Virus record (IMG/VR): IMGVR_UViG_3300040974_000011
DNA: 64,000 nt
Origin: an uncultured virus (IMG/VR IMGVR_UViG_3300040974_000011)
Taxonomy: Duplodnaviria > Heunggongvirae > Uroviricota > Caudoviricetes
Direction: 5' to 3' (one strand)
Notes under the pieces: model-generated
Database searches by the model: none
Seen by the model: the letters and a program-made list of their open reading frames with translations, nothing else
What the model was told of the DNA's origin: nothing
Translations under genes and position numbers: made by a program
Part shown: piece by piece, positions 1 to 9,010 of the stretch
How the letters are laid out: each line of letters starts with the position of its first letter
Numbering within the stretch: the first letter of the stretch is position 1

Positions 1-1
1 C

Positions 2-697
2 ATCTGTACGGCTCTGGAGATCGGCGATCAGAAGCAGGCTCTGGACAAGCTGGACGATGACGAAAGGGGGGGGTGTTCAATACCCACCCCCGGCGGCATG
101 CAGAAGGTGAGGGCGATCTCGGAGTCCGGTCTCTATACTCTGATCCTTCGTTCCCGCGGCGCCACCACTCCCGGCACTCCTGCGCACCGCTTCCGCAAGT
201 GGGTCACGGGGATCGTCCTCCCGTCTGTCCGCAAGCACGGTGCCTACGCTGCCGACCCCGCCTTGATGCGGGACATCCAGACCTTGAAGGCCGAGGTTCA
301 GGACCTGCGCGCCGCGGCAGATCTTGCACTTGAGACCGCCGGCCGGCTCGAGATGGGCAAGATCGCCCCGACAGTCGATCTCGCCTCCACGGTCACCTCT
401 GACGATCTGATTAGCCTCGCAGGCATCAAGCCCGGCCAGCGCGTCCGTGGGACTTCGGCTTTCGTCACCGGCCGCGTCCTCACCTTCACCGCCGGCCACG
501 GCTGCTTCAAGACGCCTGCGCACCTCAATCCGTCGATGCCTTGGCGCTTCCCGCGGGAGAAGGCGACAGAGTGGTTGTTCGGCGCGTCTCTCGGCGCTGA
601 GGAGATCCGCAACCAGATCGACCGCCAGCGCCGCAAGAAGGCTCAGCGGGCTCGGCCGGCGCACCAAGGGCATCTGTCGCTGGTGGGGGCTCCCTGA
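2..697 (+). CDS. Bro-N domain antirepressor-like protein (5' truncated by window edge)
   Basis: Frame is open from base 2 (ICTALEIGDQKQALDKLDDDERG...TPGGMQKVRAISESGLYTLILRSR...AHRFRKWVT), the classic Bro-N signature. Confidence 0.85.
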   Translation: MCTALEIGDQKQALDKLDDDERGGCSIPTPGGMQKVRAISESGLYTLILRSRGATTPGTPAHRFRKWVTGIVLPSVRKHGAYAADPALMRDIQTLKAEVQDLRAAADLALETAGRLEMGKIAPTVDLASTVTSDDLISLAGIKPGQRVRGTSAFVTGRVLTFTAGHGCFKTPAHLNPSMPWRFPREKATEWLFGASLGAEEIRNQIDRQRRKKAQRARPAHQGHLSLVGAP

Positions 698-1167
698 TGG
701 TCGCTTCTGCTGCCATTGCCCTTCAGCATCGCCGCGCCGACGCAGCGAAGAAGCGCGCTCGGGTGGATCGGGAAAGCCCGGTTCATGTCGCGATCCTCGA
801 TTACCTGCGCACGACACTGCCGCACGGCTGGCGAGTGAAGCACACGCCGAACAAGCCCCGCAGCATGCAGCAGGGCCGTCGTGAGAAGCGCATGGGCGCC
901 ATCGCTGGCTGGCCTGATCTCGACATCATCGGACCCGCCGACTTCCCGCCAAGCATTTGGTTTCTGGAGGTCAAGCCGCCGATCGTTAAGGGCGTGCGGA
1001 AGGAAGTCCCGTCCGAGGATCAAGAGAAGTGCCACGATGCCCTCCAAGACCTCGGGCATGCGGTCAAAGTCGTCCGCTCGGTAGAGGAAGCCCGTCAGGC
1101 CGTCAGAGATTGGCGCCTCCCGACGAAAGACATGCTGATCCGTGACGCATCGGGGAGGGCGGCATGA
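697..1167 (+). CDS. VRR-NUC domain nuclease
   Basis: ESPVH...GAIAGWPDL...FLEVKP...SEDQEKCHDALQDLGH motif pattern. Confidence 0.8.
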   Translation: MVASAAIALQHRRADAAKKRARVDRESPVHVAILDYLRTTLPHGWRVKHTPNKPRSMQQGRREKRMGAIAGWPDLDIIGPADFPPSIWFLEVKPPIVKGVRKEVPSEDQEKCHDALQDLGHAVKVVRSVEEARQAVRDWRLPTKDMLIRDASGRAA

Positions 1168-1472
1168 GCGATGCCGATCCGACGCAGCCCGGTCCCGCCG
1201 GCCTGTTCTTCCGCACTGATCGCCTGTCCGCCTCCGGCTGGCACCAAGAGCACCAAGCCCGTTCCCGTCTAGAGCGCTGGTGCTCTGAGTGCGGTCAACG
1301 CGCTTGCTACGGCTTCGGTGAGACCCTTCGCTCGGAAGGCGTCCTCTCCTGTTCCGGGCCGGACTGCATGGACGCGGCGGAAGCGACGGCCCGCGAACGC
1401 GACTGCCCGTCTCCTCCCGCCAAGCCCAGCGACGATACCGCTGCACCGGATCTCTTCGGAGCTGCCGCATGA
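1164..1472 (+). CDS. hypothetical protein with Cys motifs
   Basis: ATGA-coupled ORF; CSECG and ACYGFG motifs. Confidence 0.55.
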   Translation: MSDADPTQPGPAGLFFRTDRLSASGWHQEHQARSRLERWCSECGQRACYGFGETLRSEGVLSCSGPDCMDAAEATARERDCPSPPAKPSDDTAAPDLFGAAA

Positions 1473-1732
1473 GGATCCCCGAGATAGCCGACCGTCTCCG
1501 CGAGGTCGCTGCTGAGCAGGGCCTTCCTGAGCTTGCGGGGCTGGCTGACGAGCTTCGGCGCCGGCCGTCGCAGCGTGCGCCTGCTCGATCAACCCCGATG
1601 TCTGACGAGCTTGCCAAGGACATCCGCTGGTACGCCGTCCGGTATCCCGACCTGTCTCAGGCTGAGATCGCCAAGAAGTGCGGCTGCAATCAAGGCCGTG
1701 TGAGCGAAGTTTTGAAGGGGAAGCGCGCATGA
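1469..1732 (+). CDS. small HTH DNA-binding protein
   Basis: LSQAEIAKKCGCNQGRVSEVLKG HTH. Confidence 0.7.
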   Translation: MRIPEIADRLREVAAEQGLPELAGLADELRRRPSQRAPARSTPMSDELAKDIRWYAVRYPDLSQAEIAKKCGCNQGRVSEVLKGKRA

Positions 1733-2517
1733 GTGAGAGGACGCCAGTCCCGAAATCGGTCCGCTTCGAGGTCTTCAAGCGCGACAGCTTCACCTGCCAG
1801 TACTGCGGCCAGAAGGCGCCGGAGGTGATCCTTGAGTGCGATCACATCGAGCCGGTAGCTGGTGGCGGCACCAATGCCGTGATGAACCTCATCACCGCCT
1901 GCGAGGCTTGCAATCGCGGGAAGGGTGCGCGCCGGCTCGACGAGCGGCACATCCTTGAGAAACAGCGCGGCCAGGTTGAGGCGCTCAATGAGCGCCGGGT
2001 ACAGCTTGAGATGCTGTCCGACTGGCATCAGCAGATCGCCAACGAGGGCGATGCCGTCGTTGAGATCTTGGCCAAGCACTGGGAGGCGACGCATGCCTCG
2101 ACGTGGGGTGTCAGCGACTACGGCAAGGACCTGATCCGCAAGTGGCTCCGGAAGTTCACGGCTGAAGAGCTGATAGAGGCGATGGCAGCCTCATGGGCCT
2201 CCTACTGCGAGCGCGGCGAGGATGGCGCACCGACTGAGGAGAGCCTTGAGAAGGCTTTCAGCTACATTCCGCGTGTGGCGGCCGTGCGTCGCTCCGATGA
2301 AGGGAAGCCGCACATGCGGCGGCTCTACTACGTGCGCGGCATTCTGAGGAACCGCTTGCGCTACCTGCGGGAGCAGGACGCCATAGACCTCATGGAAGAG
2401 GCCTATCAGTACGACATCGACTTGGACTGGCTGGAAGGCTTCGCCAAGCGGGTGACGAGCTGGTCTACGTTCCGACGCTCCCTTGAGCAATTCATTGAGG
2501 AGCAGCGCGGCGCATGA
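1729..2517 (+). CDS. HNH endonuclease domain protein
   Basis: RFEVFKRDSFTCQYCG...ECDHIEPVAGGG...NLITACEACNRGK. Confidence 0.85.
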   Translation: MSERTPVPKSVRFEVFKRDSFTCQYCGQKAPEVILECDHIEPVAGGGTNAVMNLITACEACNRGKGARRLDERHILEKQRGQVEALNERRVQLEMLSDWHQQIANEGDAVVEILAKHWEATHASTWGVSDYGKDLIRKWLRKFTAEELIEAMAASWASYCERGEDGAPTEESLEKAFSYIPRVAAVRRSDEGKPHMRRLYYVRGILRNRLRYLREQDAIDLMEEAYQYDIDLDWLEGFAKRVTSWSTFRRSLEQFIEEQRGA

Positions 2518-3359
2518 GCCTTCCCACAAGCATGCTGCGCGTCTTGCTCGCCAAGGGCATCGACGCCGACACCATTCTAGCCGTCGCGGAGGCCGCGGAG
2601 GCTGAGCAAGCTGCTGCCGATGAGGCTCGCCGTGAGAAGCGGCGCGAGAGCAACCGCGCACGTCAGAGGGCTTGGTATAACCGGCATGTTCGCGATAACG
2701 CTACTAACGACGTTATCTCATGCGATAACCAAGATAACGCTGTTATGCAGCGTGAGGATGGTGAGGATCAGGGCAACAAAAAGTCCCCCACACCCCCTAT
2801 AAACTACCCGGATAAGTTAAACCCTACGCTTCCTTCGGAAGCTTCGCCCCCTTTGGCGAGCAAGCCTCGTCGGTTCGATTGGCCGGAAGACGGGTTTGAG
2901 CGGTTCTGGCAGCCCTATCCTCGGAAAACCGATCGGAAGAAGGCCAAGGTTGCTTTCGACCGACTTCGCCGAGCCGACCGGGTCGCGCTGGAGGTCGTCA
3001 TCGCCGGAGTTCACCGCATGGCCGCCTCCGGTCTGACCGGCGACGAGGCCCGGTTTGCACCTCACCCGACGACCTTCCTCAACAATGATCGCTGGGAGGA
3101 CGAATGGCCTCCTAAGGGGGGACGTCGCCAGCGGCCCGCGCCCCGCGGCGCAACGCAGGATTTCTGGGCCCGAGACGCCATCGAAGGCAATGAGCAACTG
3201 AACGGGGGTCGCCATGACACAGTCCCTTTCGACACTGATACCGGGTCGTGGCATCGCCCCGGTGAGCCGAGCGGTCGCGGATCTGACGGGTCGCCTTCAC
3301 AACAAACTGGAACCGATCCCTGGCGACTTCCGGCGCTGCGCGTTGTCGGCGGCCGTTGA
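2514..3359 (+). CDS. phage replication initiator (lambda O position)
   Basis: FERFWQPYPRK...AKVAF...PHPTTFLNNDRWED C-terminal motif; internal GATAAC repeats. Confidence 0.7.
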   Translation: MSLPTSMLRVLLAKGIDADTILAVAEAAEAEQAAADEARREKRRESNRARQRAWYNRHVRDNATNDVISCDNQDNAVMQREDGEDQGNKKSPTPPINYPDKLNPTLPSEASPPLASKPRRFDWPEDGFERFWQPYPRKTDRKKAKVAFDRLRRADRVALEVVIAGVHRMAASGLTGDEARFAPHPTTFLNNDRWEDEWPPKGGRRQRPAPRGATQDFWARDAIEGNEQLNGGRHDTVPFDTDTGSWHRPGEPSGRGSDGSPSQQTGTDPWRLPALRVVGGR

Positions 3360-3918
3360 ACCCTCCGCGGAAGAGCGCCAAGCCTTGGCCGAACGCCGTG
3401 CTCATCTCGATGCGGCGCTTCAGCCCTGCGATCCCGGCACGGTGCGTCGAGCCGTCGGGATGCTGAGGTCGGTGATGGCAGTCCCATCGGTCGATGAGGA
3501 AACACAGAAGCTTCAGCGCGCTGCCTATCTTTCGACGCTGACCAAATACCCGGCGTGGGCGGTTGAGAAGGCGTGCGAGCAATTCCTTGAGGGCGCCGAA
3601 GGGGAGGGGGTTCATGCACCGAAGCCCGGCGAGATCGCCGCCGTCTGCCGCCGCCTCATCGCGGAAGCCCAGTACGAGCGCGCCAAGATCAACGCTGTGC
3701 TGGACGCTGAGATCTACGTGCCGCCGACCGACGCGGAGCGGGCCGAGGTGTCCCGTCGCTTTGCCGAGATCGTCGCCGAGCTTTCGGGCGCCGCTGTCGA
3801 GAACCGCACCCCGGAAGCCGGCACGGCCCACGCCGACCGTCTCCGCGCTCAATCCGATCTCTCAGAAGCCAAAGCCAGAGCCGAGGCTCAATCTCAGACA
3901 CGGGAGGATGTGGCGTGA
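3214..3918 (+). CDS. putative replication protein (lambda P position)
   Basis: Overlaps the initiator 3' end; YPAWAVEKAC...PKPGEI motif common at this position. Confidence 0.5.
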   Translation: MTQSLSTLIPGRGIAPVSRAVADLTGRLHNKLEPIPGDFRRCALSAAVEPSAEERQALAERRAHLDAALQPCDPGTVRRAVGMLRSVMAVPSVDEETQKLQRAAYLSTLTKYPAWAVEKACEQFLEGAEGEGVHAPKPGEIAAVCRRLIAEAQYERAKINAVLDAEIYVPPTDAERAEVSRRFAEIVAELSGAAVENRTPEAGTAHADRLRAQSDLSEAKARAEAQSQTREDVA

Positions 3919-4307
3919 GCTACTATAACTACAGCGACATCGTGCCCTTTGAGACGCTGAAGGGCCTAACGCTCACCGAGATCAAGCGGGACGGTGACGA
4001 GGAGATCTCGTACGTCGCCAGTGACGGCCAGACCTTCAAGATGGTCCACATGCAGGATTGCTGCGAAACCGTTGAGATAGACGACATCGTTGGCGACTTG
4101 GACGACCTTGTCGGCAGCCCAATCGTGCGTGCTGAAGAGCGCAAGGACAACGACTGCGGCGCCAAGGAGGACTACGACGAGTCCTACACTTGGACCTTCT
4201 ACGAACTCGCCACAGTCAAGGGCTGCGTGACCATCAAATGGTACGGCTCGTCCAACGGCTACTATTCCGAGGGCGTTGATCTAATCCGATTGAGGGATGC
4301 CGCGTGA
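3915..4307 (+). CDS. conserved phage hypothetical protein
   Basis: HMQDCCE...ESYTWTFY...WYGSSNGYYSE motif widespread in phages. Confidence 0.7.
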   Translation: MSYYNYSDIVPFETLKGLTLTEIKRDGDEEISYVASDGQTFKMVHMQDCCETVEIDDIVGDLDDLVGSPIVRAEERKDNDCGAKEDYDESYTWTFYELATVKGCVTIKWYGSSNGYYSEGVDLIRLRDAA

Positions 4308-4522
4308 AGAAGCACCCCTCTGGCCGTCCGATCCGTAAGCCCGAGAAGCGCGACTACTCCATGCAGAAGGGCCGCTACATCGGCTTCGTCTGCCCGCGCC
4401 TCAATGAGCCTCCGATACCTCGGATCACTCAAGCCACCGACATCCACGCCGTTGGCTTCATCGACCATCGTGCCGGCTACCTGCCCGGCTGGGAAGACAG
4501 TGCGAAGGGCGGAAAGCGATGA
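4304..4522 (+). CDS. hypothetical protein
   Basis: Coupled start/stop overlaps on both sides. Confidence 0.5.
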   Translation: MKKHPSGRPIRKPEKRDYSMQKGRYIGFVCPRLNEPPIPRITQATDIHAVGFIDHRAGYLPGWEDSAKGGKR

Positions 4523-5109
4523 GCAAGCGACGCGGTAACTCAACGCGCTTCACTACCGACGAAGCGAAGCACATTGACCCGGATCTGACCTGGGTGGTCG
4601 TCCAGTGCAAGCCGATGCGGGACGGCAAAGCTGCCGAGCGGTTGGAGGACCAGGGCGTCGGCGACGTATGGACGCCCGAGTACCGGGTGACCATCACCCG
4701 GCGCGGGAAAAAGACCGAGATCGTGCGCCGGTTCTTCGCCTCGTACCTGTTCGTCGGCCTCGGCAAGGATCGGAACGGCGAGGTCGCCTATGGGCCCATA
4801 TATAACCGAGAGTTTCTGATCGGCGCGCTAGGCAACGAAGGGCCGACGCATTTCCCGGCGAGCCTTCTACAGCACCTCGCAGACCGTTTGTCAGGTCAGG
4901 ACAAGGACGAGACCGATCGCGGGCGGCGTCGTGAGGCGGCATCCAAGATCGAGCTTGGCGCCTTCTACCGCGCGACCAAAGGACCGTTCGCCAGCTTCAT
5001 GGCGGAAGTGACGGCTATCCTTGAATGCGGGACCATTCGAGCCGATGTCGATATCTTCGGCCGGATGACACCTGTAGAATTTGAGCCAGAATGGCTTGGG
5101 ACGGCCTGA
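4519..5109 (+). CDS. NusG-like late antiterminator
   Basis: NGN motifs (WVVVQCKP...FFASYLFV) and KOW-like GPFASF...VDIFGRMTPVE; lambda Q position. Confidence 0.85.
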   Translation: MSKRRGNSTRFTTDEAKHIDPDLTWVVVQCKPMRDGKAAERLEDQGVGDVWTPEYRVTITRRGKKTEIVRRFFASYLFVGLGKDRNGEVAYGPIYNREFLIGALGNEGPTHFPASLLQHLADRLSGQDKDETDRGRRREAASKIELGAFYRATKGPFASFMAEVTAILECGTIRADVDIFGRMTPVEFEPEWLGTA

Positions 5110-5114
5110 GAAAC

Positions 5115-5143
5115 CTTGACTTGCGTTCGTAGCTGTGCATATG
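5115..5143 (+). promoter_or_regulatory. putative late promoter
   Basis: CTTGAC-N17-CATATG immediately after the antiterminator gene; resembles alphaproteobacterial sigma70 consensus. Confidence 0.6.
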
Positions 5144-5247
5144 AACGTGTACGGACGACTGGATGTGAGCTGCGCTCGTGACGGGTGCGCCTGCCGGCCC
5201 GGCCCTCGTATGAGGGCGCATTGGAAAGTCGTCTCCGAAGTTCGGCG

Positions 5248-5318
5248 CTGATTGTAGCTCCCAGGGTAGAGCACCCGGTTGATCCGGGCGGTCGATGGTT
5301 CGAGTCCTTCCGGTCAGC
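5248..5318 (+). tRNA. tRNA-like element (aberrant 5-nt anticodon loop, no encoded CCA)
   Basis: Acceptor CTGATTG/CGGTCAG, TA-GCTC..GGTA..GAGC D arm, CCCGG-TTGAT-CCGGG arm, GATGG-TTCGAGT-CCTTC T arm. Confidence 0.7.
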
Positions 5319-5417
5319 GCCGGAACGCTCAGGTCGCTGATTGCGTGAGCTTCAGCGGGGACAAGCGCAGGCGTAGTGCCCCCTGCACCCTGAGCCCCTT
5401 TCAGCCGGTAGCCTCTC

Positions 5418-6873
5418 ATGCCCGAGACCCTTCCGGCCGACATTACGGCGGCAATCAAGAATTTCCATTCTGCGGCCCGTAGAGAGGGCGCGCTTGGAAT
5501 TGGCACTCAGGCATCAGCCGAGGCCGAAAAAGCCGCCAGCGAGGCCCGTAGTCGATTGGAGCGCACAATCAGCGCGCACCTTCGTGGCTATGCCGGGCTG
5601 AAGGCTGCGATGGACGCCATCACGAGCGGAGCCGCCTGATGGGGCATTGGATCCCCGCCAGTTGCATCCACCTCGACCGGCATCACGGCTGCCGCCACCC
5701 GGCACGCCGTCGATCGCCGTACAACCCGCTCCGCTGGCTGGGCTTAGATCGGCCCATCTGCGTGTTCGTGCCGGCCGAGTACAGCCGCGATGGCCGCGAC
5801 AGCGTGCGGTGTGAGTTTCAGGAGAAGCCTCCGCGCCCTAAGCCGCCGACTGGCGGTCCATCTGAGCGCCGCGCGTGAACGAAGACGATCTTACCGACAT
5901 CCACCTAGACCGTGATCCCGACGATCTCCTCCCCGAGGACTGGGACGAGGTAGCGGACAGTGAGATTGAGCTAGCCGGCTTTCGTCGCCGGTTGATGGAT
6001 GAGGCCTCGGATCCCGCCTGATGGGCGACTGGCTCAACGAGCATCCCGCTCTGTCCGGCTTCGCCATCGGCCTCACGTCGGCTGCGACTGGCCTGATCAC
6101 CATGGCCCTTCTGTGGATCTGATCTTCACCGCCGACTGGGTCTCCGGCTTTGCATCGGGCGTGCTGCTGAGCAGCGTTCTTGCCTGCTACCTAGCTATGA
6201 GGGCCAGTTGCTGATGCCGGATCCGAACGCCGTCCTGACCTGGCTGTTCCTGCCGGCTCATTTCAGCCTCGCATGGATGGCCGCGGGCTTCGACCTGATG
6301 ACGGGAGCCCGCTGATGCATCCCACCGACACGCTCCTCTCCCTCAGCCATGCCCGCATTGCCCGTGCTGCTGCTGTTGGCCCTCGCCGAGGTACGCAGCC
6401 GACACTTGCGAGCGATCAGCAGCATTTGGCCAAGCTTCAGCCGAACCCCGTTCGCATCAGCTACAACCTGACGATCAACGCGCAGTCTAACTGCACGGCG
6501 GAGGCCATCGGCCGGATCATTGACCGTCACCGCACCCTCGCCCGTGCTGACGGCTTCCTCGCCCAGCGCATCGCTGAACTCTAAGCCGACAGGACTCGCT
6601 ATGCCTCACACCAAGCTCGTTGAGCATTCCACCGCCATGGCCGCCGCTGTCGGCGATGCCTACGCTCAGGTGTCCAAGCTCCGTGCCTCCGGCATCCCGA
6701 CCCCGGCTATGGCTGTTCTCGGCACGCTTGAGGGCGCCCTGTCCCGCATCGCCGACAAGAACGCGGCTATGGGCGAGGTGGCCCACGGCCTGACGGACGA
6801 TGCCCCGGTGGATGACAAGTCCGCGAAGGCTTCGACTGGCTCGGCCAGCGATAAGGGCAGCAGGGCTGCCTGA
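5418..6873 (+). other. cluster of small hypothetical ORFs (e.g. 5418-5639, 5639-5878, 6601-6873)
   Basis: Short co-directional ORFs between the late promoter and terS; no recognisable motifs. Confidence 0.4.
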
Positions 6874-6920
6874 CGAATTAGGCGGCGCACTGCGCGCCGT
6901 AGTGGCCTGAAAGTTCGCCC

Positions 6921-7370
6921 ATGTCGGACAACCCGACGCCCGAAAGCACCGAGAAGCGAGGGCGCCCCAGCAAGTACGATCCTGCCTATTGTGAGCAGAT
7001 CGTCGACTTCTGCTCCGAAGGGTATTCGATCACGGCCTTCGCTGGATCCATCCGCGTTGCCCGGGATACGATCAGCGAATGGGCGACGGTGCATCCAGAA
7101 TTTTCCGCAGCCGTAAAAAGCGCGAAGGCCGCAGCGTCGTTATGGTGGGAGCAAAAAGGTCGCCGGGTTGCTGAGACAGGAGGCGGTCCCGGTACTGCGA
7201 CGATGATCATCTTCAACCTAAAGAACACAGCGCCGGACGATTATCGCGAGCGCGTGGCTCACGAGCATTCTGGGCCAAACGGTGCACCGATCAAGACGAT
7301 CACCACGGCCATGACACCGAAGGAAGCGGCGGAAGCCTATGCCGCCACCCTCAACGACAGCGGCGAGTAA
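6921..7370 (+). CDS. terS: terminase small subunit
   Basis: GRPSKY...HPEFSAAV...IFNLKN...EHSGPNGAPI; precedes terL. Confidence 0.85.
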   Translation: MSDNPTPESTEKRGRPSKYDPAYCEQIVDFCSEGYSITAFAGSIRVARDTISEWATVHPEFSAAVKSAKAAASLWWEQKGRRVAETGGGPGTATMIIFNLKNTAPDDYRERVAHEHSGPNGAPIKTITTAMTPKEAAEAYAATLNDSGE

Positions 7371-9000
7371 TTGGCCTCCGAACTACGTTGAGGCCTTTGC
7401 TTGGCGTCAGGGGCAAGTTCAGAAGCTCCGGTCCAAGCCTGAGATGGCCGCTGGCGCTAAGGAGTTCTACCGCACCCGGCCGGTCGAGTTCATCAACCAC
7501 TGGTGTACGACTTACGACCCGCGCGTCTCGGGGACGGACCTGCCAGCGCGGATGCCGTTCATCCTGTTCCCTCGACAGGCCGAGTGCGTCAGGTTTTTGC
7601 GGGGGCTGATAGAGGCCGAAGAGAGCGGTCTAGTTGAGAAGGCCCGCGATGTTGGTCTGACGTGGTTGTGCTGCGCCTTCTCCGTGTGGCTGTGGCTGTT
7701 CTGGCCTGGCGCTGCGATCGGGTGGGGCTCCCGCAAGGAGCAGTTGGTCGATCGGATCGGCGATCCCGACAGCATCTTTGAGAAGATGCGGATCATCGTT
7801 CGGGGGCTGCCTCGGGAGTTCTGGCCGGTCGGCTTCAAGCCCGACGACCACATGACCTACATGAGGCTGGTGAACCCTGAGAACGGGGCCAGCATCACGG
7901 GCGAGGCCGGCGACAACATCGGCCGCGGCGGCCGAAAGCTCATCTACTTCAAGGACGAAAGCGCCCACTACGAGCGGCCCGAGAAGATCGAGGCCGCGCT
8001 CGCGGACAATACCCGCGTTCAGGTGGACATCTCGTCGGTCAACGGACTCGGCAACGTCTTCCATCGGAGGCGTGAGGCCGGCGTCGAGTGGACCGGCGGC
8101 GAAATCGCCAAGGGCGCCACGAACGTCTTCGTGATGGACTGGCGGGACCACCCGGCCAAGTCGCAAGAATGGTACGATGCGCGGCGACGGAAGGCGGAGG
8201 CGGATGGCCTCTTGCACGTCTTCGCCCAAGAGGTGGACCGAAACTACTCGGCGTCGGTTGAAGGCGTCATCATCCCAGCAGATTGGGTGAGAGCAGCTAT
8301 CGACGCGCATACGGCGCTCGGCTTCGACGATGCCGGAGGCTGGGTCGCCGGTTTGGACGTGGCGGACAGTGGTGGCGACCGGAACGCGCTGGCGAAGCGC
8401 AAGGGCGTCATCCTCAAGTCGGTCCAGGAATGGGGCGAGCGCGACACCAGCACCACGGCTCGCCGGGCGATCGACGGATGTAGCTGCGTTGGGCTGATTG
8501 ATCTGCAGTACGATAGCATCGGCGTCGGCTCGGGCGTGAAGGGCGAGACGAACCGGCTTGCGGATGAGAATTTGCTGCCGGCGGGCCTGAAGCTACAGCC
8601 CTGGAATGCCGCAGCGGCGCCGCTGAAGCCCGACGAACCGATTGAGCCTTCTCCACCCGGGCAGCCTAAGGCCCCGCTCAACAAGGACTTCTACGGGAAC
8701 CTCAAGGCTCAAGCATGGTGGCAGCTACGTCGGCGCTTTGAGCGCACGTGGCGTGCCCGCAATGAGCCGGGGTTCACGTGGAATGCCGCGGACCTGATCA
8801 GCTTGCCCTCCGATCTGCCGCTCATCCGGCAAATCGAGAAGGAACTGAGCCAGCCGACAGCCCGGAAAGACGGTCGCATGCGGCTCATCGTCGACAAGAT
8901 GCCGGGGGGCACGCGCTCTCCGAACCTCGCGGATGCGATCGTGATGGCCTACTGGCCCGCGAAGTCGGCCTCGGGCTACGACCTCTCAGCGCTCGCCTGA
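7339..9000 (+). CDS. terL: terminase large subunit
   Basis: EKARDVGLTW Walker A-like, YFKDESAH Walker B, GLDVAD and SPNLADA nuclease motifs. Confidence 0.9.
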   Translation: MPPPSTTAASNWPPNYVEAFAWRQGQVQKLRSKPEMAAGAKEFYRTRPVEFINHWCTTYDPRVSGTDLPARMPFILFPRQAECVRFLRGLIEAEESGLVEKARDVGLTWLCCAFSVWLWLFWPGAAIGWGSRKEQLVDRIGDPDSIFEKMRIIVRGLPREFWPVGFKPDDHMTYMRLVNPENGASITGEAGDNIGRGGRKLIYFKDESAHYERPEKIEAALADNTRVQVDISSVNGLGNVFHRRREAGVEWTGGEIAKGATNVFVMDWRDHPAKSQEWYDARRRKAEADGLLHVFAQEVDRNYSASVEGVIIPADWVRAAIDAHTALGFDDAGGWVAGLDVADSGGDRNALAKRKGVILKSVQEWGERDTSTTARRAIDGCSCVGLIDLQYDSIGVGSGVKGETNRLADENLLPAGLKLQPWNAAAAPLKPDEPIEPSPPGQPKAPLNKDFYGNLKAQAWWQLRRRFERTWRARNEPGFTWNAADLISLPSDLPLIRQIEKELSQPTARKDGRMRLIVDKMPGGTRSPNLADAIVMAYWPAKSASGYDLSALA

Positions 9001-9010
9001 GCATCATCGC

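Noticed and set aside
66..73. G8 tract in the Bro-N gene as a phase-variation switch
   Set aside because: The frame is intact and the run simply encodes R-G-G; no evidence of length variation from one sequence
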